DNA from: a virus
Length of the DNA: 64,000 nucleotides
IMG/VR virus record: IMGVR_UViG_3300042691_016420
Span: 24,669-88,668 of that record
Strand: one strand, 5' to 3'
Made by a program: the position numbers and the translations under genes. The notes beneath the pieces were generated by a model. It did not search any database. It was not told where the DNA came from and was given only the letters and a program-made list of their open reading frames with translations. Of the stretch, positions 1 through 9,047 are shown piece after piece. Every line of letters starts with the position of its first letter. Positions within the stretch are counted from its first letter, which is position 1.

Positions 1-369
1 TAAACTATCACCATCTAATCCAACTGAATCAACAATACCTAATAGTTTAAGATCTCCTATATCTTCTGTAGTTTCTCTATACAAAATGTAGTCTCCATTT
101 TGTACATCTCCAAATATTTCTAAAGCAGAACTTATAGTCTTTGATGTAGTACTAGCACTATTTATATTACCAAGAGAAGTAGGTGTAAAAATCTCATAAT
201 TATTAGATAAGGTATTAAGATTAATAGGAGTAATATTATCAAAATCTTGATTAGGATATTGATTTACTCCACTAAAAGATCCTGTAAATGGTGTAGTTAC
301 AAAGGCTGCTGTAGTCTCAGGAGTTTTTAAAAAAAACCTTATATCAGTAAAGTTTTTGATTGCAGGCAT
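1..369 (-). CDS. Partial CDS (runs off the left edge), probable tail/structural protein
   Basis: ATG at 369 opens MPAIKNFTDIRFFLKTPETT..., open to position 1. Not in the ORF track. Follows tail genes, with a TTATACG motif at 481-487. Confidence 0.6.
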   Translation of the reverse strand, partial: MPAIKNFTDIRFFLKTPETTAAFVTTPFTGSFSGVNQYPNQDFDNITPINLNTLSNNYEIFTPTSLGNINSASTTSKTISSALEIFGDVQNGDYILYRETTEDIGDLKLLGIVDSVGLDGDSL

Positions 370-1136
370 AAGTTTCTTATTCTATTATTTAGTAATGCAA
401 TATTTATAAGAGTATCTTTCTTAGAAAGAATTTTTTTAGTAGGTCCTAAATGATAGTAATCACAAGAATCAACTAGAAACTTATACGAGTAATTATAGTA
501 TTCGCAGATTTGTTTAAGAGAAGCTTGTTCTATGAAGACCATATACTCCCAGTTATTCTTACTAATACCAGAATTATTCCTCATAAAGTTTAAAGCATTC
601 TTACAATATATATCCTTAAGTTCTTGAGAATTAAAGAGTAAGGTACTAGCATTCAATCCATGTAAACTAAATTTAGTAAAGTTTGGAAACTTATAATTAT
701 CTGGTATTTCTATAACAGGAAACTGATATCTTTTCTTATCTTTATCTAAGGGGATATCATCATGAGCAGCAATCAAATCTACATCCTCATGAAGGATAGG
801 AGTTCCCTTAAATACTGCATCTACATCCAGATGCCACTCTCCTATAGGTTGTTTATCATATACCTTAATCTTGTGGTAAGCCCAAAAAGTTTTAAAGTTA
901 ATAGAGGGTTCTTCCTCAAGAGGTATAAACTTATCAGGGATTATTCCTATACTACAACAGAGATCTTTAAATCTCTCATTGCAATGTATATTTACCTTAA
1001 AACCATGCTTTATGGTAGAAGATAGAAAGGAATACTTAAATACAAGTTTCTCTAATTTAGAGAACTCTCTATCCTCTGCCAGATAATAAGTATAATTAAC
1101 AGTTACATTTTTTGGTAGTGTCTCCACAATCATCAC
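339..1136 (-). CDS. Glycosyltransferase-like protein (DxD-type, DUF6734-like)
   Basis: FWAYHKIKVY...HLDVDAV and a later EQ..L segment resemble GT-A-fold DUF6734 proteins of Bacteroidota. Confidence 0.5.
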   Translation of the reverse strand: MMIVETLPKNVTVNYTYYLAEDREFSKLEKLVFKYSFLSSTIKHGFKVNIHCNERFKDLCCSIGIIPDKFIPLEEEPSINFKTFWAYHKIKVYDKQPIGEWHLDVDAVFKGTPILHEDVDLIAAHDDIPLDKDKKRYQFPVIEIPDNYKFPNFTKFSLHGLNASTLLFNSQELKDIYCKNALNFMRNNSGISKNNWEYMVFIEQASLKQICEYYNYSYKFLVDSCDYYHLGPTKKILSKKDTLINIALLNNRIRNLCLQSKTLLI

Positions 1137-3534
1137 ACAGATTTTTTAATTCCAAATATAACTCATCTGCATCATATAGAGCAGTTAAGTTTTGGTCTAT
1201 ATCTGTACTTTGATATTGAATCTCATATACCCAATCTTTATCAAGTAACTTTTTCCAGGTCTCATATATTGAGATAAAGCGAAGAGCTTTCTGATAGAGA
1301 ACCTTATCTAATTTGCAAGCATCACATAGAGTATCATCAAGAAGTACTTTCTTCTGTAATTCTAACATACAATTCTCAATCTCACAGAAGTTTATAATAT
1401 ACTTAATTAAACCATCAGAAGTTACTTTGTAAATACCGTCTTTATCAAATGTAATTTCTTGAAAAGCAAGAGGAGGTATCTCAACACTCTTAAGAATTCC
1501 TGTAGAGTTATAATTTGAAATCTCAAAAGTTAATACGCTATTCTTGTAGTTATATATTCTATACTTACCACAAGACATTCTTCTAATCTTCCAAGTTCCA
1601 CAAATTGGGAATACAACCTCCTTAGTTACAGTAACACTATAATTAGTTACAGCTACTACAAGCTTAACCATAGTAAGTTTCTCAGGTGCCCATAATCCTT
1701 TCTCAGTATCTAATGAACCATAGTAATACTTAGTTCTAAGATACTCACTTACAAATAAATCTGATTCTGCAGCATTTTCATCAGCAAAATTAATAGCATC
1801 CTCAAATAAAGTTGGTGTATCAGAAGCTGTACCTTGTAACTCCCATACATATGTATTGGGATTCAGATAGTATAATGAGTATCTTATATTAGGAGTATTT
1901 GTTGCATCAAGTTGTGGTTCTGTAGGAACAATGTGTAACTCCTCATCAGCATTAAAACAATTAAAGTTCAAATTCTGTAAGAAGATACTTGCATTCTGAT
2001 TAATTTGTACACAAGAGATAGTTGGTAAATCAAAAGTAGGTTTATACTCTTGTACAACAAAAGGAACTTCTAAATCCTCAACTAAGGGAAGATCTGGATT
2101 AATTGCTTTGTAAACTACTTTATACTCAGCATTTGGAGAACTTGCTTCTGAGAATGTATATGCATAAAATAATCCAGGAAGTACATTTTCATAGATAAAA
2201 ATAATCTCATTATTCTTATAGATATAAGCCTCAGCTCTTGCATTATTCTCAGGAGTAATAATCAAATTAGGCTCTAATGGATCAAGATACTGAAAAGCAA
2301 ATCTTATTGTATAAGATCCTGGATCTTGAGATTCTGAGTGTAATGTCTCAGCATCAGATAATGTAAGAAGACCTGGACTAGTAAGAGTACTATGAGTAAC
2401 TTCATTATTACAATTCCTTACTATAGTTTCAATCTTAATTGGATTTCCATTTGGAGTAAAGGGTAAAGAGAAATTAGTAAAGTCTGGGTCATTATCATCC
2501 CAACCTGAACCTATTCCTAAAGAATAAGTTATTGGAGAAAGAGATGCCCATACACCATTTACAAGTTCTGAGAGTGTGTATGTAATTGAGGGTTCAAAAC
2601 CACCCTCTAGTGGACATACATTATTATTTAATACTAATAGAGATGGAGAGTAAGTATAATTAGCAGTTGGATTTAAGACTGTAGAAATACTAGTAACCTC
2701 AAATCCACCTTCATAGCCACTTATATAATCATACCCTTGACCTCCTTCATTGTCATCTAATGTATCATCTATAAGAACCCATCCTGTTAAAGGAAACTCA
2801 TTAGGATTAGTGCTTGGGTTAGTAAAGTAACAAAAAGGATCATCTGCTCCAACCATTAACCTCCAGAAATTAACTGAAGGTTCTACATAAGGGTTTTCAG
2901 GATCTGAAAAATAACCACTAGTATTTCCAGGAGCTAAGAAATAAGCAATACCATTAAAAGCAGGATCTGGTGTTTTTAAGTAGTAATTGTATGTTCCAGC
3001 AACAGGAGTATTCATTCCTAAGTTACCATTATCATATCCTAAAGGTCTAACAGCAACATCAGTCTTAATATAAGTTCCATTCAAATCACTCCACTTAGTA
3101 CCACCTGTTCCCCAACCTGTTACATTATTAATAAATCCATCTCCAGCATTGGTAATACCGCTAACTAAGATATTTGCATTATCAACATCTCCACTACTCC
3201 ATACCCACTCTACCTGTATCTCATGTTCAAAAACAACAACATTTAATTCCTCAACAAGAGTTTCATTAGGATTCTCAAGCTCATCAACATTTTCTGGATC
3301 AGGTATAGCAGTTACTGTTAAGTTTGAGTAAGCTTTGTTTAACTCAAGTATATAAACATCTCCAGATTTATAAACTTCTGGATCCCATGTTCCATTAAGC
3401 TCAAGGATTAATTCTTCAGCTACTTCATCATATACTTCAATGTTAATACCTAAAGCGGTATATGTATCTGAGGTAGCTACAATCTCAAGATTATAACTAT
3501 TAATCTGCTGTTCTACTTGTAAACTCAGTGCCAT
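1096..3534 (-). CDS. Acidic beta-rich tail/structural protein
   Basis: 812 aa, beta-strand rich, Cys-rich C-terminus (CDACK...CDDCG..KCNC) as seen in crAss tail hub/fibre-associated proteins. Lies in the late cluster. Confidence 0.5.
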   Translation of the reverse strand: MALSLQVEQQINSYNLEIVATSDTYTALGINIEVYDEVAEELILELNGTWDPEVYKSGDVYILELNKAYSNLTVTAIPDPENVDELENPNETLVEELNVVVFEHEIQVEWVWSSGDVDNANILVSGITNAGDGFINNVTGWGTGGTKWSDLNGTYIKTDVAVRPLGYDNGNLGMNTPVAGTYNYYLKTPDPAFNGIAYFLAPGNTSGYFSDPENPYVEPSVNFWRLMVGADDPFCYFTNPSTNPNEFPLTGWVLIDDTLDDNEGGQGYDYISGYEGGFEVTSISTVLNPTANYTYSPSLLVLNNNVCPLEGGFEPSITYTLSELVNGVWASLSPITYSLGIGSGWDDNDPDFTNFSLPFTPNGNPIKIETIVRNCNNEVTHSTLTSPGLLTLSDAETLHSESQDPGSYTIRFAFQYLDPLEPNLIITPENNARAEAYIYKNNEIIFIYENVLPGLFYAYTFSEASSPNAEYKVVYKAINPDLPLVEDLEVPFVVQEYKPTFDLPTISCVQINQNASIFLQNLNFNCFNADEELHIVPTEPQLDATNTPNIRYSLYYLNPNTYVWELQGTASDTPTLFEDAINFADENAAESDLFVSEYLRTKYYYGSLDTEKGLWAPEKLTMVKLVVAVTNYSVTVTKEVVFPICGTWKIRRMSCGKYRIYNYKNSVLTFEISNYNSTGILKSVEIPPLAFQEITFDKDGIYKVTSDGLIKYIINFCEIENCMLELQKKVLLDDTLCDACKLDKVLYQKALRFISIYETWKKLLDKDWVYEIQYQSTDIDQNLTALYDADELYLELKNLCDDCGDTTKKCNC

Positions 3535-3790
3535 TATCTTCTATATTAAGTTCTTTATCTTTAGTAAATCTTCTTACACCAATTAGTGTACCACTAGCAG
3601 TAGTAAGGATAGCTGCTTGAGTAAAGAGGTCTGCATAACCATTAATCCCTTTTAAGAGGCAGAATAATCCAAAAGCATATAATACTAGTGCTGCAATCCC
3701 ATATAAAAATCCAAACAGAAGACCTAGTGAGGATTTACCCTTACTGTTATTAAGTGCTTCTATAAGTTTGAAAGCTTTATAAGTTGGCAT
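3500..3790 (-). CDS. Holin-like membrane protein
   Basis: 96 aa with two hydrophobic segments and a charged C-tail, next to the spanin-like gene. Confidence 0.5.
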   Translation of the reverse strand: MPTYKAFKLIEALNNSKGKSSLGLLFGFLYGIAALVLYAFGLFCLLKGINGYADLFTQAAILTTASGTLIGVRRFTKDKELNIEDNGTEFTSRTAD

Positions 3791-3795
3791 ACACC

Positions 3796-3802
3796 TTATA
3801 CG
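3796..3802 (-). promoter_or_regulatory. CGTATAA late-promoter-like motif (representative; about 17 sites listed under findings)
   Basis: Recurs upstream of late-gene starts despite genome-wide CG scarcity. Confidence 0.7.
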
Positions 3803-3805
3803 AGG

Positions 3806-4378
3806 TTATCTTTGTAACCTAAGGTGTATAAGTATTCCTGAGATTGTTAGCAATAAGAGTATGCTTACAAACCAGAATTCCTGATGAGAGTAATACTTGT
3901 CAGGAGGAAGTACTGTCTGAGGACAAGGTACTTTATACTTAAGGGATAGTGTACTATCAATAGGGTAAACATTTACATGAATACCTAAACTATCTTGTCT
4001 TACTACAGCTTTATAGAAGGTATCTTTAACTACAATACTATCCTTAATACATTTGTACTTAGAGACTTTCTTAGCTACTTTCTTAGCTAGAGATGTATCC
4101 CTGCAACTTCTTATAATAGTATTATATACATCCTCTATAATAATAGTATCCTGATAGAAAACTACTGTATCTATTTGCTTAATAGGATTATCAATAGTAA
4201 CTATAGTCTCAACAGTATCTACTCTTCTAAATTGTGGATACTGTATATAAATCTTATCAAGCTTCTTCTGAAACTTATCTATATCATGTATAGCATTTTG
4301 TTCAGGGCTTCTAAATAATCTACAGGAAGCAAGTAGAAGAAGTATGAGAAGACGTGTAGTTTTTTTTACCAGACTCAT
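3806..4378 (-). CDS. Putative unimolecular spanin (lipoprotein with C-terminal TM helix)
   Basis: Signal peptide with lipobox LLLASC and a C-terminal TM FWFVSILLLLTISGILIHL, the u-spanin architecture. Confidence 0.6.
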   Translation of the reverse strand: MSLVKKTTRLLILLLLASCRLFRSPEQNAIHDIDKFQKKLDKIYIQYPQFRRVDTVETIVTIDNPIKQIDTVVFYQDTIIIEDVYNTIIRSCRDTSLAKKVAKKVSKYKCIKDSIVVKDTFYKAVVRQDSLGIHVNVYPIDSTLSLKYKVPCPQTVLPPDKYYSHQEFWFVSILLLLTISGILIHLRLQR

Positions 4379-4393
4379 ACTTATTATACGCTC

Positions 4394-7300
4394 TTACCTA
4401 CTTGCAGCCTTAAAGTCATTATACTGTATATGAGGGAATAAGTCCTCATAAGGATTATCAAGAGGATTAAGTTTAGAGATAGGTTGTAGAATCTTCAAAT
4501 CTCCTTTCTCATATCTACCATAATCCCTCTCATACTGTTTCCAAATAGAGATATTACCCTCATCATCCTCCTCAAAATCAAATGTTATTCTCATTATCTT
4601 AGCAAGTTGAGTAAGTGTACTTAAAGCAGCAAAAGGTTGGTTTACAAGTCTACTTTGATCAGAAAAACCAAATCCTGGAATGTATGTACCAATATCACCT
4701 CTTAATCTTGCAAGCTGGTAGATGGTTTCCCAGTGAATAAGATTCTCAAAATTACTATGTTCATCACTATCCCAATCATCATCATCTGCTCCAGCAAGAG
4801 GTAGGAACATAAAGCTTATAGTACCAAAAGCTACTGCATCTACAAGACCTCTCCAAAAACCTTCCTTCTCAATCTCATTTAAGTTTTTCCAATTCTCACC
4901 AATCTTGGGAAGATTCCATATTTTAATTATATTATCATATACAAATTCTCCAAATGCTCTATAGTAACCTAACTCTACTGAGCCAGCCTCAAAGTCCATT
5001 CTATACTTGTTATTACCCTTTTGAGTCATACCAGAGTATTTACTCCTAAAGGTAGGAACAATGTATTTTCTAAATTGCATAAACAATCTAAAGAGAGCCT
5101 CATCCTGGTGGTATAATCTATCAGATTCTGAGTATACACCATTGTTAGCCTTATTCAACTCATGCAATGTTCCTAAGAAATTCTCTGGCAATTTATCTAC
5201 CTCAAATACACCATCTTCTGGGATCTCTACACCCCACTTATCTAAAAGAGCTAACATAGATACAACTTGTATCTGATGTTCAGCCAAATTATTTAAAGCA
5301 AATGCTGAATTAAGTCCAAAAGTATCTTTAGCTGTTTGAAAATCAGCACCAATCTCATCTTTAAATCTACCTTGAACTGCATCAAGAGTCAGTATCATGT
5401 TGTTAAGTTTTTTCTTATCATTAACAATCATGCTTGTATATTTAGAGTGTGCTCTACCCAACTCTTTAAGAGTAAAGTTTCTACCTCCAATAGCTTCAGA
5501 AAGAGTTGCGTAATTACCTATAATTAAGTTATTTAATGCAGAAGCAGGTTTAATAAACATTCTTGTTATTGCAGTAAATTTACCCATATAATCAAATACT
5601 CTATCCCACCATTGATTACCTGCTCTGGTCTCACCATACAGTACTTGGTTAGTATATTTCTTAATTACCTCAGCTCTTCTATTTATTCTACTTCTATATG
5701 TCTCTCCTTCTTCTAATGGTTTAGTATTCTCAAGAGTTTTAGTTAATACCTCAACACTGCTAATAACATCACTCTTAGCTCTATACATCTGGACATCATT
5801 AGCCCAGTATAGGAATGATTGCATAATATTATCAGAGCTCTCACTAACATCTAGAATTCTTGTATAACCTAGAGGTACATTTTGATAAGGCTCACCATTA
5901 AGTTTAGTAGTAGTTTTCTTTTCTTTCTTTCTTAGTTCTTGAGCATCATTATACTTATTTCTATTCTTAAGAGTTTTAGAAACATCTCTTAAGATACTTT
6001 GCTCATAAACTACAGGAACTACACCATTTAATCTTAGGTGCTCAGGAAGCATATTATTCTTCTCATCATAAATTCTCTTCATCTCATTATAGAGATCAAT
6101 AGTTTCCTGAGGTTCCTTCATAAGATTCTCATACTCTGGAGTCAAGAATATCTTATTACCAGTTTGTGGATCTACAGCTTCCTGATTGGGTTTATAGAAA
6201 TTACCTTGGTAATTGTAATAAATTACACTATCCTTAGTAACTACCTTAAATGAGTTCTCACTCTCAGGTCCTATTTTATAGAAGTACTTAAGATTATCAA
6301 GAAACTTAGGAACATTACTTTTTCTAAGTTTCTCCATCATCTCATTCATCTCAGTAGCAGAGTAATTAAATGCAGTTGCTTTCTGATAGGCATTAAGTTT
6401 TGCAGATGCTTTCTTTCTCTGAGAGATTAAGGCATTTCTCTCATTAGTAGAGGTACTTGCATCTATCTTCTCATTCAAGGCCCTTATCTCTGCTTTATAA
6501 TCTCTTACAGTATCATAATACTTCTGTAAATCATACTTCTCAATAAATACCCTAACATTCTTCTTAACTGGTTGTACCTTAAGAACTCCATCCACATCTA
6601 CCTCCTCCTCAGTCTCCATTTCCTTAATAGTGTAGAACTTCTTATATACCTCTACCATATTGGCACCAGTATCTTGTACTTTCTTAAAGTATGGAAGAAG
6701 ATCTCTCTCAAGTTTAAGATGTAACTCTTTAGCATACTGTAGCATTCTTTTAACAGCTTTACTAAAGAGACCAGTAATCATATCATTAGCATTAGCTACA
6801 GGTACTCCATATGAGTTAAAGAAATCTAAATCTTTTCTAGGCTGCATAAGTTCCTTGATAAGATCTTCTTTAGTAAGTTCTTTCTCACCAACTAAAGCAA
6901 GTTGAGAATTAAGTTTCTTAGGAAAAGACATCCATAACCAATCTGCAAGATTGGGTATAGCTACCTCATAGAATGTATCAGTAGCATACTTTATCTCTAG
7001 TCCTAATACTGCAGCTTTCTCCTTAAGTTCTTGTGAGCTATCAGACTCATAAATATCATAAGACATCTGATGGAATACCATCATACTATCTACATAATCC
7101 TTTAAGAAAGATATCATAGAAAGTCTTCTATTAATCTCTGTAATCTTCTCATTCTCACTTTCAGGCAGTTCCTTAGATTCTGAGAGATCTTTCATTAAGG
7201 TTCTACTCTTAAGTACAGCAGTCTGCATAATCTTCATAAACTCTAAAAGATCAGCAGTACCTCTATAAGTATCTAAGTGTGTAAGAGCTTGTTGTAAGAG

Positions 7301-8554
7301 AGCAATCCTCTCAATTTGAAATTCAGATTTAGCAGTCTTAGAGAATCTTTCTATCTGTTCCTCAAGGAGTTTCTTCATCTCAGAAGCTCTTTGGAATATT
7401 TTTCTCTGATAGTTTTCCTTATCTAAGTCTTCATATCTTATAGTATATCTATCCCCAGCAGCATCAATAATAGAGAAGTCCTCATTACCTATATCTACTA
7501 TAGTTCCAGAATACATTAACCCATTAGAGTTAAAATCAACAGTCTTACCTACTTCCAAGTTACTCTTAAAGTAAGCTTGCTCATGCATCTCATACTTCCC
7601 AGGAACAGCCTTACTAATCATATTCTTGTATCTGAAGACTCTCTCCTCACCAGTAGGATATCTACCAGTAAAGCTATTATCATCAATACTTAATACCTCA
7701 ATGCTCTTCTCAGATATTTGCTCAGATGTACTCTCACTCCAGTAATTAAAGTTTACAGTACCTCCCATTTGTAGAGAAGTTTCTAGAGCAGCTCTAAACT
7801 GTTCTACCTCTAAATCACTAAGAGTATTAGCAGGTTTAGGTTTAAACTTAGGTAAACTCTCAGGACTACTAACAAACTGTTTAAACCCCTCTACATCTTT
7901 TTGAGAACCTAATATGTGAATTTGTTCTGGTTCAAATACTATATATTTTCCATTATTGTTATAATCTAACCTTGCGTAAGCATCATTTATGTTTTCTAAA
8001 TTTCCACCTAAGTTTTTATCTATAAATGGATTAGTAGTATTTAAAATAGCTGACTGAAGTTTTTTATCTTCAACCATCTTTTTAATATTAAAATTTCCAT
8101 TTTCAAAATAATCAGTAATACCTTTAATTCCGTATTGTAGTAAAGTTTTTATAGAAGTAGCAAATTGAAATCCTTTTTTGTTTATACCACTATCAACTTG
8201 TGCTAAATTTTTATCAAAAGTATTATTTTGCACAGTTCCAAAATGATAAACAATATCTTTTACTTTACTATTAGGAAATATACTATCAAGATATTGAGAA
8301 TATTGTTCAGGTGTGCCTATAGAAGCAATTTCTGGATTCTCATTAAAAATATCTTCTACTCCTGGTTTAATAGGTTTATAAGAGATAGTAGGTGTAACAT
8401 CTTGAGGAGTTACATAACTTGCAATTTCCTCATCGGTGATATCTTCAATATCACCGTCTCTTAAGAAAAAGATATTGTAGGCAATGCTTTCATTGCCTAC
8501 TCTTCTTACTAAATCTTTCCAAGTCTTACTTCTCTTATTTGGGCAAATTCTCAT
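4394..8554 (-). CDS. Large virion cargo/ejection protein with N-terminal ADP-ribosyltransferase-like module
   Basis: 1386 aa directly downstream of the vRNAP, as in crAss phages. N-terminal DIVYH..FDK..GFQFAT..YIVFEPEQIHILGS resembles ART-PolyVal. Confidence 0.65.
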   Translation of the reverse strand: MRICPNKRSKTWKDLVRRVGNESIAYNIFFLRDGDIEDITDEEIASYVTPQDVTPTISYKPIKPGVEDIFNENPEIASIGTPEQYSQYLDSIFPNSKVKDIVYHFGTVQNNTFDKNLAQVDSGINKKGFQFATSIKTLLQYGIKGITDYFENGNFNIKKMVEDKKLQSAILNTTNPFIDKNLGGNLENINDAYARLDYNNNGKYIVFEPEQIHILGSQKDVEGFKQFVSSPESLPKFKPKPANTLSDLEVEQFRAALETSLQMGGTVNFNYWSESTSEQISEKSIEVLSIDDNSFTGRYPTGEERVFRYKNMISKAVPGKYEMHEQAYFKSNLEVGKTVDFNSNGLMYSGTIVDIGNEDFSIIDAAGDRYTIRYEDLDKENYQRKIFQRASEMKKLLEEQIERFSKTAKSEFQIERIALLQQALTHLDTYRGTADLLEFMKIMQTAVLKSRTLMKDLSESKELPESENEKITEINRRLSMISFLKDYVDSMMVFHQMSYDIYESDSSQELKEKAAVLGLEIKYATDTFYEVAIPNLADWLWMSFPKKLNSQLALVGEKELTKEDLIKELMQPRKDLDFFNSYGVPVANANDMITGLFSKAVKRMLQYAKELHLKLERDLLPYFKKVQDTGANMVEVYKKFYTIKEMETEEEVDVDGVLKVQPVKKNVRVFIEKYDLQKYYDTVRDYKAEIRALNEKIDASTSTNERNALISQRKKASAKLNAYQKATAFNYSATEMNEMMEKLRKSNVPKFLDNLKYFYKIGPESENSFKVVTKDSVIYYNYQGNFYKPNQEAVDPQTGNKIFLTPEYENLMKEPQETIDLYNEMKRIYDEKNNMLPEHLRLNGVVPVVYEQSILRDVSKTLKNRNKYNDAQELRKKEKKTTTKLNGEPYQNVPLGYTRILDVSESSDNIMQSFLYWANDVQMYRAKSDVISSVEVLTKTLENTKPLEEGETYRSRINRRAEVIKKYTNQVLYGETRAGNQWWDRVFDYMGKFTAITRMFIKPASALNNLIIGNYATLSEAIGGRNFTLKELGRAHSKYTSMIVNDKKKLNNMILTLDAVQGRFKDEIGADFQTAKDTFGLNSAFALNNLAEHQIQVVSMLALLDKWGVEIPEDGVFEVDKLPENFLGTLHELNKANNGVYSESDRLYHQDEALFRLFMQFRKYIVPTFRSKYSGMTQKGNNKYRMDFEAGSVELGYYRAFGEFVYDNIIKIWNLPKIGENWKNLNEIEKEGFWRGLVDAVAFGTISFMFLPLAGADDDDWDSDEHSNFENLIHWETIYQLARLRGDIGTYIPGFGFSDQSRLVNQPFAALSTLTQLAKIMRITFDFEEDDEGNISIWKQYERDYGRYEKGDLKILQPISKLNPLDNPYEDLFPHIQYNDFKAASR

Positions 8555-9042
8555 AGCATATCTTTTACGTTGTGCTCAAGAGTAATCATTACTTCTTTAG
8601 AGTCACCAAAGGTATTTATTTGATCTACAAAGGTTTGTGCCTTATCAAGTTCTTCTACTTGCTCAGCACAATACTTCATGCCCAAGGTCATAGTTGGAAA
8701 ATCATCTAGAGCAGCTGCAGTCTTAGTAAGCTCATTACACTGTCTGGTAATCTCTTGCTCATGCTCAAGAGTCAACTCTAGAATATCCTTTAGAGAATTA
8801 AACTCATAATCAGGAGCAGGTAACTTAGTAAGCTCTGGCTGTACACCAAATGCAAGAAGATGATCTTTAGCAAACTTAGCATGAGCAAGTTCTTCATGAG
8901 CATACTTGTAATACAATGCTGCAAAGTTCTTAAATCCTTTATCATCAAGCCATAGAGCAAACTGCTCATAGATTCTGGAGGAAGCTTCTTCTTGTTGAAT
9001 TCTGTAATTCAGAAGGTCTATAATTTTCTTATCTAGTTTCAT
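8551..9042 (-). CDS. ftnA: Ferritin (non-heme, FtnA-like)
   Basis: 163 aa with ferroxidase-centre pattern QQEE / HEELAH / EHEQE / EQVEE. Confidence 0.85.
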   Translation of the reverse strand: MKLDKKIIDLLNYRIQQEEASSRIYEQFALWLDDKGFKNFAALYYKYAHEELAHAKFAKDHLLAFGVQPELTKLPAPDYEFNSLKDILELTLEHEQEITRQCNELTKTAAALDDFPTMTLGMKYCAEQVEELDKAQTFVDQINTFGDSKEVMITLEHNVKDML

Positions 9043-9047
9043 ATTTT

